Shown piece after piece: positions 8,963 to 18,364 of a DNA stretch of 64,000 nt. Numbering within the stretch: position 1 is the stretch's first letter; every line of letters begins with the position of its first letter. This DNA is from Thermoplasmata archaeon (GTDB lineage Archaea; Thermoplasmatota; Thermoplasmata; Lutacidiplasmatales; UBA184), in NCBI GenBank assembly GCA_022749815.1, contig JAKIWV010000002.1, positions 194,478 to 258,477 on the forward strand, in the 5' to 3' direction. A program made the translations under genes and the position numbers. The notes below the pieces were generated by a model that was not told the origin of the DNA, did no database searches, and saw only the letters and a program-made list of their open reading frames with translations.

Positions 8963-11767
8963 TCAGCCCGAGATTTTGGACAGGAGCGCTCGCGTTTGGT
9001 CCAGGTCCGGGACGGCCGACATTTCCTCGAAGAGCTCCAATGCGTGCGACAGGGCGGCCCGCCCGCCCGGGCCGTCCCCGCCCTCGGCGAGGGCCCGGCC
9101 GACCTCGACCCAGGTGCGCGCCGTCTCGTACGTCCAACCGAGCCGGGACCACGTTCCGATGCATCGGTGCAGGAGGGGCACCGCCACGCTCGCTCGTCCC
9201 TCACGGACGAGGCACTCCGCTTTAGCGCGGTCGGAAAACGCGCGTATGTAGTCGGAATCAAAACGGTCGGCGAATTCCTGGAGAGGGCCCAGCAATGCCT
9301 GGGCCTGTTCGAGGTGTCCCTGTCGCACGGCCACCGACACGAAGAGCGCGAGGGCTTCGGGGTACAGCTCGGCGTACCAGCCCTCCGGGCCAGTCGCTAG
9401 GCAACAATCCCGCGCCGCACCGAACGCCTGCTCGGCGGCGGCGAACTCGTCCCGGAGGAGGAAGTGTCGACCCAGGTAGAGGTGGATCAGCGCCTCGAGG
9501 TACCACCTCGGTTCGGTCCGCATGAGGGCGAGGGCGGTCTCCAGCGACGGGCGGGCGCTCTCAGTCTGACCCAGCAGAGCCCCGGCCGCTCCATGACCGA
9601 ACAGCGCCTGGACCGGTTCCGGGACGCCGTGCACCGCCGCGAACCGGCGCAGTTCGTCGGCGCGCAGCACGACCTCGGTAAAGTGGCCCTGGCGCAAGAG
9701 ACCCAGCGGCTCGGCATACCCCCGCCACCAAGCTTCTATGTCGGCGGTACCGGTTCGTCGCGCGAGCTCGATCAGCTCGCCGGAGGCGTCCAAGGCGCGA
9801 GGGAGGTCCCCCTCCACGTGGTAGATCGCCGCCGCCTGGTAGGTCAGGGCCTCGATAACTAGGTCGGTGAGCCCGTGGTCCTCGGCGATCGCCTTCGCCT
9901 CCCGGACGAGTCGGAACGAGTCCCGGATCCGGCCTACAGGGAGCGACCGAGCCGAGATGAGCCGGGTGAGGACCTGACCGTGACGGTCCCCTTGGGCTTC
10001 CGCCAGCCGCAACGCCCGCTCCGCGTCTTCGCGGGCTGGTCCGACCCGACCCAGGACGTAGAGGAAGTTCGACCGCGCCACGAGCACCTGACCGAGGAGC
10101 GAGTCCTCCGGGCTTTCCCCCAGAAGCGCGGTCGCGCGCCGGAAGAGCGGCTCGGCGCGGTCCGGCGTGATATCGGCGTTGGTGCCCATCGCCGCGATGC
10201 ATCCGACGGCCGCGGCGAGGTCCCCGAGGCGTTGGAAGCCGTCGGCGGCTTCTTCGAAGAGGTCGAGACCCTTGCCCGCGTCCCCGACCCGGATCATCTG
10301 TTCTGCGAGGCGCGACTGGATGCGCCAGCGTTGCGAGCCCGCCGGTTCCCGGGAAAGCAGGTCGAGTGCCGCCCGGTAATGCTCGATTGCGTCGCGCCGC
10401 GCATAGATCTGGGCCGCGCGGTCCCCCGCCTTCATGCAGTACTCGAGGGCCCGAGCCGTGTCCCCGGATCGCAGGAAATGGTAGGCGAGGATCCCCGAGC
10501 GGTCGGACGAATCGCCCGGCGGACTCGATTCGAGGGCGAGGCCGATCCGGTGGTGGATCTCGCGCCGTCGCGCCAGAGGAACTTCGGCGTACAATGCTTC
10601 CTGGATCAGCGGGTGGGCGAACGTTCCGACGTCGTCTCCGGCCGGGCCCCGCACCACCTGGACGAGTCGCGCGCCTGCCGCGGCTTCGATCGCATCGAGG
10701 ACATCTTTCTCGCCACGGCCGCTAATCTGCGGGAGCAGCCGGACGTGGAACTCCGGCCCCTCCGCTGCGGCCGCAGCCAGCACCGTCCTGTGGTCCGTGC
10801 CGAGGCGTCCCAGACGTTGTTCGAGCACACTCTGGACGCTCGAGGGGACGCGGAGGGTTGGGACCGATCGTCCTTCCCAGCCATCCGCCGTGGGAAAGAT
10901 TGCCCCCGACTCGATCAGCGATTGGACGATCTCCTCGACGAAGAACGGGTTTCCGCCGGACTTCTCGTTGACGAGGCGGACGAACTCGGGGAGAGGGACG
11001 GCCTGGCGGAGCAGCTGGCCCACCAGGGCCGCCACCTCCGACCGGTCTAGTCGCGCGAGGTCGACCCGTGTGATGAGCTTGCTCCGCCCCAGCGTGAGCA
11101 CGAGCTCCTTCAGGGGCGGGCTCTGGTCAAGGTGGGTGTCCCGTGCAGATACCGCGATGAAGAGGGGGTTCGTCCGGGTCGCCGGTGCGATCGCCTGTAG
11201 GAGCTCTACCGACGATGCATCGGCCAGCGCAAGGTCGTCGATCGTGATCAACGCGCTCCCGGACCCGGCGATGGCGATGAACAGGTCGCACAGCTCACGC
11301 ACGAAGGAGTGGCCGTCCAATGGGTGCGCGCGCCAGTCCGGACTCGGGGTAAGCCAGACTTTGTCCGTAAGCTCCGGCAATAGCGCGAACACCGCATCCG
11401 CACAGGGGACCACCGTGGAACGCACCCTCCCCCGGGGTTGCTCTCTGACGAACTGCCGGAGGAGGTCGATCCACGGGGCATACGGCACGCCCCGCTCGAT
11501 TCCCTCGCACTGGGCCGACAGTTGGAGCATCCCTACGGTCGTGGCGACCCGGTGGAACTCGTCGATCAATCGAGTCTTGCCGATGCCGGACTCCCCGGTG
11601 AGGAGGAGCAACCGGCCCGATTCTTTGGTCGGACCGTCGACGAACGACTGCAGGGCCCCGAGCTCCGCCTTCCGGCCCACGAATGCGACCGTGGCGGCCC
11701 CAAGGCCCCCGGGCAGGCGTGGGTACAGAAGGCCCGGGTCTCGAGGGGCGACATCCGGGTCGCTCAC
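8963..11767 (-). CDS. STAND-class P-loop NTPase with C-terminal TPR-like helical repeats (934 aa); no effector or HTH domain recognised
   Basis: Walker A at ~aa 55 (LLLTGESGIGKTRL), Walker B-like (LITIDDLALAD), and a long alpha-helical repeat region beyond it. This is the AfsR/MalT/Avs-like NTPase class. Confidence 0.7.
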   Translation of the reverse strand: MSDPDVAPRDPGLLYPRLPGGLGAATVAFVGRKAELGALQSFVDGPTKESGRLLLLTGESGIGKTRLIDEFHRVATTVGMLQLSAQCEGIERGVPYAPWIDLLRQFVREQPRGRVRSTVVPCADAVFALLPELTDKVWLTPSPDWRAHPLDGHSFVRELCDLFIAIAGSGSALITIDDLALADASSVELLQAIAPATRTNPLFIAVSARDTHLDQSPPLKELVLTLGRSKLITRVDLARLDRSEVAALVGQLLRQAVPLPEFVRLVNEKSGGNPFFVEEIVQSLIESGAIFPTADGWEGRSVPTLRVPSSVQSVLEQRLGRLGTDHRTVLAAAAAEGPEFHVRLLPQISGRGEKDVLDAIEAAAGARLVQVVRGPAGDDVGTFAHPLIQEALYAEVPLARRREIHHRIGLALESSPPGDSSDRSGILAYHFLRSGDTARALEYCMKAGDRAAQIYARRDAIEHYRAALDLLSREPAGSQRWRIQSRLAEQMIRVGDAGKGLDLFEEAADGFQRLGDLAAAVGCIAAMGTNADITPDRAEPLFRRATALLGESPEDSLLGQVLVARSNFLYVLGRVGPAREDAERALRLAEAQGDRHGQVLTRLISARSLPVGRIRDSFRLVREAKAIAEDHGLTDLVIEALTYQAAAIYHVEGDLPRALDASGELIELARRTGTADIEAWWRGYAEPLGLLRQGHFTEVVLRADELRRFAAVHGVPEPVQALFGHGAAGALLGQTESARPSLETALALMRTEPRWYLEALIHLYLGRHFLLRDEFAAAEQAFGAARDCCLATGPEGWYAELYPEALALFVSVAVRQGHLEQAQALLGPLQEFADRFDSDYIRAFSDRAKAECLVREGRASVAVPLLHRCIGTWSRLGWTYETARTWVEVGRALAEGGDGPGGRAALSHALELFEEMSAVPDLDQTRALLSKISG

Positions 11768-11843
11768 GTGAGCCGTCCGGGACGAGCACCGAGCGGGACG
11801 ACGGATGCCGCGCGCCCCAACCGGTCGCGCGGCGGAGCTACCC

Positions 11844-12470
11844 TCATTCGATCTCCTTCCGCGAGCCGTCGCTCGCTACGAACGCCCGCCAGCCGTCCGT
11901 GGAGTCGAGCTCGAGCTCGCCCTCGAACCGTCCGCTCCTCGTTCCGCGGTCGGTGGCGAACTCGACCAGGAGCTTGAACGGCCGCGTCGAGTGGTCGCTG
12001 GCCTCGAGGAGCCACTTCATCAGCTCTTCGTGGCGCGACCAATCGACCTCGACGAAGTGGCCCGGGAGCAGAGAGGGCTCGTAGGCCACCTCCTTCCCCG
12101 CCAAACGGGCCCGTAGCTCCTGGACCGGCTCGGGGGAGCAGTTCCTGAGGAATACGCGGTGGGAGGCCCGCAGTCGCGTCGGACGCGCCACATAGGCGGG
12201 CTCGAGTTCGTGGCGCTGCCGCTCCCCCACGGGCCAGACGTGCCGATAGAGCGAGGTCGGGCGGACCTTTGGGGGCGACCGGTACCCCTTCCGCCAGCGT
12301 TGGACTTGCCGCAGTCGGGCAGCAAAATTGGGAGTTTCGTTCTTCCAGTTGCCGTAGATAACCGGGGCGAGCGCCTCTAGCTCCCGCTCGACCTGGCGGG
12401 CCGACCACTCGGAATGCGCCCGCTCGACGTTTTGGGTGAGCTGCTCGAGCTCCTTCCGAGGTCGGGTCAT
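11844..12470 (-). CDS. Hypothetical protein (208 aa) immediately upstream of, and co-oriented with, the STAND NTPase
   Basis: The reading frame has balanced composition (MTRPRKELEQL...). The overlapping listed ORF 11764..12603 is Arg/Gly-rich and likely a frame artefact. No family was recognised. Confidence 0.4.
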   Translation of the reverse strand: MTRPRKELEQLTQNVERAHSEWSARQVERELEALAPVIYGNWKNETPNFAARLRQVQRWRKGYRSPPKVRPTSLYRHVWPVGERQRHELEPAYVARPTRLRASHRVFLRNCSPEPVQELRARLAGKEVAYEPSLLPGHFVEVDWSRHEELMKWLLEASDHSTRPFKLLVEFATDRGTRSGRFEGELELDSTDGWRAFVASDGSRKEIE

Positions 12471-12718
12471 GCCGCGGCCCGCGACATCTGTCGGACCCCC
12501 GTGAAGGGGCGAACGGCGCCTGGGTCGATAAAGATGCGCGAATCCCCGACAACCGGGGCGGCACTTCAGCGTACAGAATCCCCACGGGTGAGGATGGCGG
12601 CACCGCGATTCAGCCCCGGGGCATCGGGAACCGTCCGGAGGGGGCCGGCCAGGCCCGAGGGGCCTCTCTCCAAGGGGTGCCACAGTGCCACTTTCTCCCC
12701 TCCAGGACGAACCGGCTG

Positions 12719-12973
12719 ATGACCGCCTCCTTAGAAATTGCGTTCTCGGAAGCGGTCGAACGGTGGGAGACGCATCGCAAGGCATGCGCGCGGTGCGCGA
12801 CGAGCCAGCGGGGGGAGTGCGAGACGGGTGACCATTTGTTGGCCGCCGCGGCCGAAGCTCGAGGACGCTGGTTGCTCCGCCTCACACGGTCCGTGGGCGT
12901 AAGGATCGCGGTCCGTCCTCCTGCCCTTCCGACGAGCAAGCCCGAGTCCCGGCCAAGGAAGAGGACCAGGTAG
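12719..12973 (+). CDS. Small zf-HC2-like protein, paralog 1 (ERWETHRKACARC)
   Basis: Shares the motif E-W-[DE]-x-H-x3-C-x2-C-x7-C-x2-G with two downstream paralogs. The start and the C-terminal boundary are uncertain. Confidence 0.35.
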   Translation: MTASLEIAFSEAVERWETHRKACARCATSQRGECETGDHLLAAAAEARGRWLLRLTRSVGVRIAVRPPALPTSKPESRPRKRTR

Positions 12974-13261
12974 CAGTGGGCCGGGCGCGTTCTGCATGGG
13001 AGGAGGGGGAACGGGACCGTTCGCCCCGAACCGATCTCTGGGGGGATCGCTTCGTACGGTGAGTCGCGTTTCGCTCAGCCATCATTCCACCCGCTCTCGG
13101 CCGCCCCCGTGCACACGGAGTACGAGGTTCGTCGTTGTCAGATCCACAACTGCGCCGCGACAAGTGTCGAGGGTCCGTGGGGCGGCACCTCGCGAGGCCG
13201 GCCGAGGAAGCCGACGGGGGAGCGCGACACGCGAGCCGAAACCTCGGACATATGGAGAAGC

Positions 13262-13594
13262 ATGAAGTTCCCAAGCGGCACAGACGAGCATAGCTCCCAG
13301 CCCTGCCCAAACGACTTGCCGAAGTACCGTCGATGCGAGAACCGACTACACGGGACCCTGGCCGAATGGGACCGTCACATCGCATTGTGCGGTGAATGTC
13401 TGTCCTACGGCGTACACCTTTGCGCTATGGGCCAGAGCTTATCCCTTGAGGTCGGACGTGCACGAGCACGCTTGGACATGGTCGCAGCCAAGCTCACGCG
13501 GACTCGGCCCCGCCCGGAGTCGGTGGTCCCCGAACTCCCGATTCGAAGCCCACCCTCTCCTTCCCTGTCCGCGGTGGTTTCGGGGACTCCGTGA
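13262..13594 (+). CDS. Small zf-HC2-like protein, paralog 2 (AEWDRHIALCGECLSYGVHLCAMG)
   Basis: It has the H-x3-C-x2-C zinc-binding motif with an upstream Cys. It is paralogous to 15958..16365 and 12719..12973. Confidence 0.45.
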   Translation: MKFPSGTDEHSSQPCPNDLPKYRRCENRLHGTLAEWDRHIALCGECLSYGVHLCAMGQSLSLEVGRARARLDMVAAKLTRTRPRPESVVPELPIRSPPSPSLSAVVSGTP

Positions 13595-13818
13595 CGCCGA
13601 AATGGTTTCACGGGGGGTCGGAGGCGGCACCCTATCTTCGTGGTGGTGGTAACGTCGGTCCTCCTGCCGGCCTCCGCAGCCGCCGGCACACCTCCCACGT
13701 TGGGGAGGGAGTCCAGAGTCTTCACTCACGTTCGCCTTACGATGAAACCGAACCTGGCCCCGAGCGTGACCCTCGGAGGTGCAAACGACTTCTTCCCTTG
13801 AAAGAACAGTCCGTGCCC

Positions 13819-15588
13819 ATGGAAACGGGGCGAGCGGCCCGGCTCCCATGCTGGAATCCCCCCTCAATCCCGGGACGTTCGTCACGGCCTATTAACCTCC
13901 CGAGGTCGCCGTCCGGAAAACGACCCGGACGGTCGCGGACTTGGCCCCAACAGCGCAGCCAGATCGCTTCCATTGCGGTCGTGACTCTCGCTCTCATCGT
14001 AAGTTTCGGCATGTTGCCTTGGGCCCGGGCGCCCGCCCCACTCTCCTCCACTAGTGGAACACCTGGAATCCACACTCTAGATTTGAGCATCCCCATGGTC
14101 AACACGTCGTTTGCTGGCTATGTGCTGCTCAACCCCAACCATGGCTCGGTGCAGGCGATTTCCGATACGTTCACGCAACCGAGAGGGACTTGCAGCTCGG
14201 GCGAGTATGTTGTGAACTCAAACGCGTCCTATCCAAATGACCAGAATGTGTGGATCGGGCCGGGCCTTTACGACGGCACTCTCGACTTTTCAAATTTCGG
14301 GGCCTATCAAATGGGAACCGAAACGCTCTGCCAGTCGCTTACTCAGGACCCCGTCTACATTCCGTTCTACTACTCGATAGCGATCCGGCCGTCGGACCCG
14401 CCGAACCCCGACAACGTCATGCACGCCTTCACGGGGCTCGTGGTGAGTGCCGGCGACTCGATCAAGTCCACGATACTTTCGTCGTCCGGAACTCTGACAT
14501 TCACGTTTACGGACCTGACAAGCAATCGGACCGTAACGGCTGAGGTCAGTGCATCGGAGTTCAAGCCAAACGGAGCGTTCTGCATCCTGAACGTCTTTGG
14601 AAATCTGGCAAGATTCTCCAGGTTCACCCAGTCCTGCGAGCCCAACGTCGGTGGCGAGACGGCCGGTATTGGTGCCTTTACGACTCCGAACATCGCCCTT
14701 CGGGCAGTCATGGTCAACACCACTGGTGCGATCCAAGCCGCCGTGTCCCCACTATCTCCCGACGGAGCGACATTTTCGACCCGCTTTGTTTTCTCATCCC
14801 CCCTCGGCCCACTGTTCCCGCCCGGTCAAGATACGTTGTTTCGCGCTTCCCACGCCGCCGGTTATCTTCTCCTGAACAGCTACCACGGATCCGTGGTCTC
14901 GGCCTCCGACTCGTACGTTCAGCCTAAGGCCTCGTGCTTCGCAGGAGAGGCGTACGAAAACGCCACCGGGCACTATCCGGGCGACCAGGACGCTTTCGTG
15001 GGGGCAGGGCTGTACGCGGGCAGCACCGACTCCTCCAGCTACAGATTCTATCAGGTCGGCACTGAAGCGTTGTGTCAGCTCTTCTTCCAGAATCCGGTCT
15101 ACATCCCGTACTACCTCGTGACGGTCGTGACTCCGACCGACCCCACCGGGGACTTCTCCATCGTCGTCTTACCGAATTTGACTGTGAACCCCGGCGACGT
15201 CATTCATTCTGCGGTGAAAGTATCGGGAGCAACTTCAGGTGACGACCCGCAGAATAACAGGGTGACGTTCATCCTGGCCGACCTGACGACAGGCATGACC
15301 GCCCGAGTGACCATTTCCGCCGCTGGGTTCGCCCCGAACGGCGCGGCCTGTGTCATGGAACCTATCTTCCTCACCCCGAAGTTTACGCCAATCGCACAGT
15401 CCTGTAAGGCAACTGTCGACGGGGTGAACGATGGGTTTGGAGACTTCGCCCCTCCGAACCTTCTACTCCGGTTCGACCTCCGCAGCAACCTCAACTCGAC
15501 GGTGGTGCAGGCGCGCACTTCCGGTTTTATCGCCGACGGCGGGGACTTTTCCATCACCTGGATCACTTCGGAGCCGCTTGGGTTCTAG
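13819..15588 (+). CDS. Secreted or membrane-anchored protein with two tandem ~240-aa domains resembling the peptidase G1 (eqolisin/A4) concanavalin-like fold
   Basis: N-terminal TM/signal segment (IASIAVVTLALIVSFGML). There is an internal duplication: GYVLLNPNHGSV...YQMGTE...CILNV versus GYLLLNSYHGSV...YQVGTE...CVMEP. The QxGTE and I-V-E-like positions resemble the G1 catalytic Gln/Glu dyad. Many N-glycosylation sequons are present. Confidence 0.45.
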   Translation: METGRAARLPCWNPPSIPGRSSRPINLPRSPSGKRPGRSRTWPQQRSQIASIAVVTLALIVSFGMLPWARAPAPLSSTSGTPGIHTLDLSIPMVNTSFAGYVLLNPNHGSVQAISDTFTQPRGTCSSGEYVVNSNASYPNDQNVWIGPGLYDGTLDFSNFGAYQMGTETLCQSLTQDPVYIPFYYSIAIRPSDPPNPDNVMHAFTGLVVSAGDSIKSTILSSSGTLTFTFTDLTSNRTVTAEVSASEFKPNGAFCILNVFGNLARFSRFTQSCEPNVGGETAGIGAFTTPNIALRAVMVNTTGAIQAAVSPLSPDGATFSTRFVFSSPLGPLFPPGQDTLFRASHAAGYLLLNSYHGSVVSASDSYVQPKASCFAGEAYENATGHYPGDQDAFVGAGLYAGSTDSSSYRFYQVGTEALCQLFFQNPVYIPYYLVTVVTPTDPTGDFSIVVLPNLTVNPGDVIHSAVKVSGATSGDDPQNNRVTFILADLTTGMTARVTISAAGFAPNGAACVMEPIFLTPKFTPIAQSCKATVDGVNDGFGDFAPPNLLLRFDLRSNLNSTVVQARTSGFIADGGDFSITWITSEPLGF

Positions 15589-15674
15589 ATTCTATCCCTT
15601 TCACGCCCCTGGCCGCCTAAATTCTCAGGCACTGCCCGGGCCCCACGCGGGACCCAATCCCTCTGCATCAGGCA

Positions 15675-15715
15675 GGGGTGGCTGCAGCCACTATTGCACC
15701 CTCGAACGCCGCAAC
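15675..15715. repeat. Palindromic repeat family, copy P2 (GGGGTG-GCTGCAGCC-ACTATTGCACCCTCGAACGCCGCAAC)
   Basis: It shares the right half, ATTGCACCCTCGAAC, with P1, and carries an inserted GCTGCAGC palindrome. It is intergenic. Confidence 0.55.
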
Positions 15716-15957
15716 CAGCCTGGAACCGGGAAGAGCATCCAATCGCAACGAGATGGGTGGCCTGAGGGCAGAGTCGATTCCCTAGCGGACCGGCGGCTGG
15801 ACGGTCCACTCGAGGTCCGCAGAGGGGGTCCGAAGGCCCGGCGCGACATCTGTCGCGTCATTCACAGACGTGTACTTTCGCCTTCCTCGATGGAGCGCTC
15901 TCCAGGCGCGACAGTCCGACCGAAACATCGGCACATAGACTAACCGAGGGAACCGCG

Positions 15958-16365
15958 ATGACGACACAACTATCGACCGCCCTCTCGGCCATCCAAGAGC
16001 ACAACGCCCGCGACCAGTCTGGAAGCTTCAAACCGGGACGAGCCAACGTGGCGCAAGCCCGTTTTGAACGCGTCCTTTGCGAGTGGGACTCCCACATAGC
16101 CCGGTGCACAGAGTGTCTGTCTTACGGCGAACACCTGTGCATGTTGGGTGGTTTTCTTGTTGAAGATGTCGGGAGCGCGCGAGATCGTCTGGTCGGTCTG
16201 GCGGTAGAGCTCCCCCCCCCGAGCGCGGATGTATCGCAGCTTACCGGAGCACGAGCTCTTGGGGCGATCGGATACATGCTCTATGGGCCCCGAGTCTATG
16301 CCGAGAACCGAACTACCCGTGCGCCCTTATCGGATTGCGACGCTTCGAAGCCCAGTCCCAGTTGA
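15958..16365 (+). CDS. Small zf-HC2-like protein, paralog 3 (CEWDSHIARCTECLSYGEHLCMLGG)
   Basis: It has the H-x3-C-x2-C motif and is clearly paralogous to 13262..13594. Confidence 0.45.
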   Translation: MTTQLSTALSAIQEHNARDQSGSFKPGRANVAQARFERVLCEWDSHIARCTECLSYGEHLCMLGGFLVEDVGSARDRLVGLAVELPPPSADVSQLTGARALGAIGYMLYGPRVYAENRTTRAPLSDCDASKPSPS

Positions 16366-16567
16366 GCCGCTCAGGTCGACGAGCAGGAGACGGCAGGCGG
16401 GTGGCGCGGGCCAGGAAAAGGGCCCCTTGTTCCACGCTCGGAATAGCGTTAAATCGATCGTGGCTAACCTCGGGCTCGGACGAGCCGACGCGTTCACGTC
16501 CAATCATCGGAAGGTCCGCACGCGCTGCGGGGGTGCCCTTTAACCGACTCGCAGAAGTGAGCGAGAC

Positions 16568-17023
16568 ATGGCGGAGCGGAAACAGGCAAAGCCGGGCGCG
16601 CAGAAGTCAGTTAGCGGATTCACGGAAGAGGAGCGAGCCGCGATGAAGGAAACCCTCCAAGAGCGGAAGGCGCAGCGTGCCGGCAAGGCAGACGGGGAAC
16701 GCGACGTGCTCGCGAAGATCGCCGCGATGCTGGCGCCGGATCGCGTCATGGCCGAACGGCTCCATGCACTCATCAAAGCCAGCGCGCCCGCCCTCTCACC
16801 GAAGACCTGGTACGGGATGCCCGCCTATGCCAACAAGGATGGCCAGATCGTCTGCTTCTTTCAGGACGCCAAGAAGTTCAAGACGCGGTATGCCACGCTC
16901 GGCTTCAGTGACAAGGCGAACCTCGACGAGGGTCACATGTGGCCGACCGGTTTCGCGCTCAAGGAACTGACTGCCACCGAAGAAACCAAGATTCTCGCGC
17001 TCGTAAAGAAGGCTGTGAGCTGA
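16568..17023 (+). CDS. DUF1801 (YdhG-like) domain protein
   Basis: The [15 protein letters not shown]...KTRYATLGF pattern is typical of DUF1801. Confidence 0.55.
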   Translation: MAERKQAKPGAQKSVSGFTEEERAAMKETLQERKAQRAGKADGERDVLAKIAAMLAPDRVMAERLHALIKASAPALSPKTWYGMPAYANKDGQIVCFFQDAKKFKTRYATLGFSDKANLDEGHMWPTGFALKELTATEETKILALVKKAVS

Positions 17024-17185
17024 GCGCCGTGCATCGCTCAGACCCGTAAGCTACGTCTTGATTCCTAAGCAGGAACGCGCTGTCCGAAACCCCCTCCGGC
17101 GGACCGTTCCGGGCCGGCTCGCATCGTGTGGTTTACCCCCGTGGGGGTACTCTCAAAGTGCTGACCTCCGACCTGCCACTCAACG

Positions 17186-17860
17186 ATGAAGAAGCTCCGA
17201 AGCTTGCCTTCCGAGGCGATGTCTACTGACTGGGGATCGGTACTTACAGAGGTGGTGGACCGGATTGACCATCCCCTCAGACGGGCCAAGGTCGATTGGT
17301 CGCTTGCCGGCTCCGCCGCCACCGCAATCCAAGGCTGCGAGATTGTTCCGCGGGATCTCGATATTCTCTTGAAGAAGGCCGACGGAGTGGACGCGTTGGC
17401 GAACCTCATGCACGAGTACGCGCCTCATACATGCGACGCTATGATGGGATCCGAATCATGGGTTTCCTCTCAGGATACTCCGTTCGCTGACGAACGGGAT
17501 CCTGAGGGCTTCCTCTGGCACTGGGGGCGTTGGTTGGTTGGAGGGTTCAAGGTCGAAGGAGCATACATCGTCGCGCGCGATGGTGCGCAGGGTGGCGAGC
17601 CGGGAATCTGGGAGAACGGGCCGGAGATCTGGACGCTCCATCGAGTGGTCGAGTTCGGCGGGCATCGAATCCGGGTGCCCCCGCTCGAAGTTCAACTTGC
17701 AACCTGCGCTCGCCGAGGTCTATCAGATCGCGTTGAGGCGATCATCGAGGCCCTTCAACGCGACGGCGTGAATCGTAAGCTCCTCGAGCGGAGCCTCTCG
17801 GATCCGCAGGTCCACGCCTTGCTCAATCGTTCCTTGAACCGCCGGGCAGGTCAGACGTAA
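17186..17860 (+). CDS. Putative nucleotidyltransferase-fold protein
   Basis: A GS-x9-DLDIL motif (LAGSAATAIQGCEIVPRDLDILL) resembles the Pol-beta superfamily NTase signature. A 16-nt perfect palindrome, TACCCCCGTGGGGGTA, lies 33 nt upstream. Confidence 0.35.
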   Translation: MKKLRSLPSEAMSTDWGSVLTEVVDRIDHPLRRAKVDWSLAGSAATAIQGCEIVPRDLDILLKKADGVDALANLMHEYAPHTCDAMMGSESWVSSQDTPFADERDPEGFLWHWGRWLVGGFKVEGAYIVARDGAQGGEPGIWENGPEIWTLHRVVEFGGHRIRVPPLEVQLATCARRGLSDRVEAIIEALQRDGVNRKLLERSLSDPQVHALLNRSLNRRAGQT

Positions 17861-18194
17861 ACTGAAAGTGGCACTGCGACGAATCCAAGCGGTTCAGTCA
17901 CGACGTGAGGGTCGGGTCAAACGACACTTCATACCCCCACGAGGGGGCTTGAGTCCCCCCGCAAGGGGCTCCTTGTGTCGCATTGGGACCCAATCGATGC
18001 GGTCAGGGACGACGACCCTTTCGCGCACATGGGGTTGCGCTCGATGGGGTACCGTCGTCTCTCCGGGAGGACCCCGACGATCCTTGGAATGTCGGCGAGC
18101 GGCCTTCGCCGCGCATGAGCATTCGAGCCGCTCGAGCGGCTAAGCACGACCGATTTTGGTGAACGCCTCCTCTCTCGAAGAAATGGGATTGGTT

Positions 18195-18234
18195 GCCCAC
18201 AACACGGGGTGGGAACCCGTGCTCCCATTGCCCT
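18195..18234 (+). repeat. tRNA-Trp 3'-end-like direct repeat, copy 2 (GCCCACAACACGGGGTGGGAACCCGTGCTCCCATTGCCCT)
   Basis: It contains CGGGGT...CCCGTGCTCCCATTG, identical to the tRNA-Trp T-stem plus acceptor 3' strand plus 3 nt at 7498..7525, but with a different loop. It is about 85% identical to copy 3 at 20600..20640. Confidence 0.6.
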
Positions 18235-18364
18235 CCCCCACGTCGTCGCGCAAGCTCTCGACGATGTGGGCACCTAAGTGGGCAGCCTTGCGTCGCTGAA
18301 CGTGGGAACCCGATTCACCGATGGTGCACAACGGCTTTCTTGAACCCTAGCGTCGACCCGGCCG

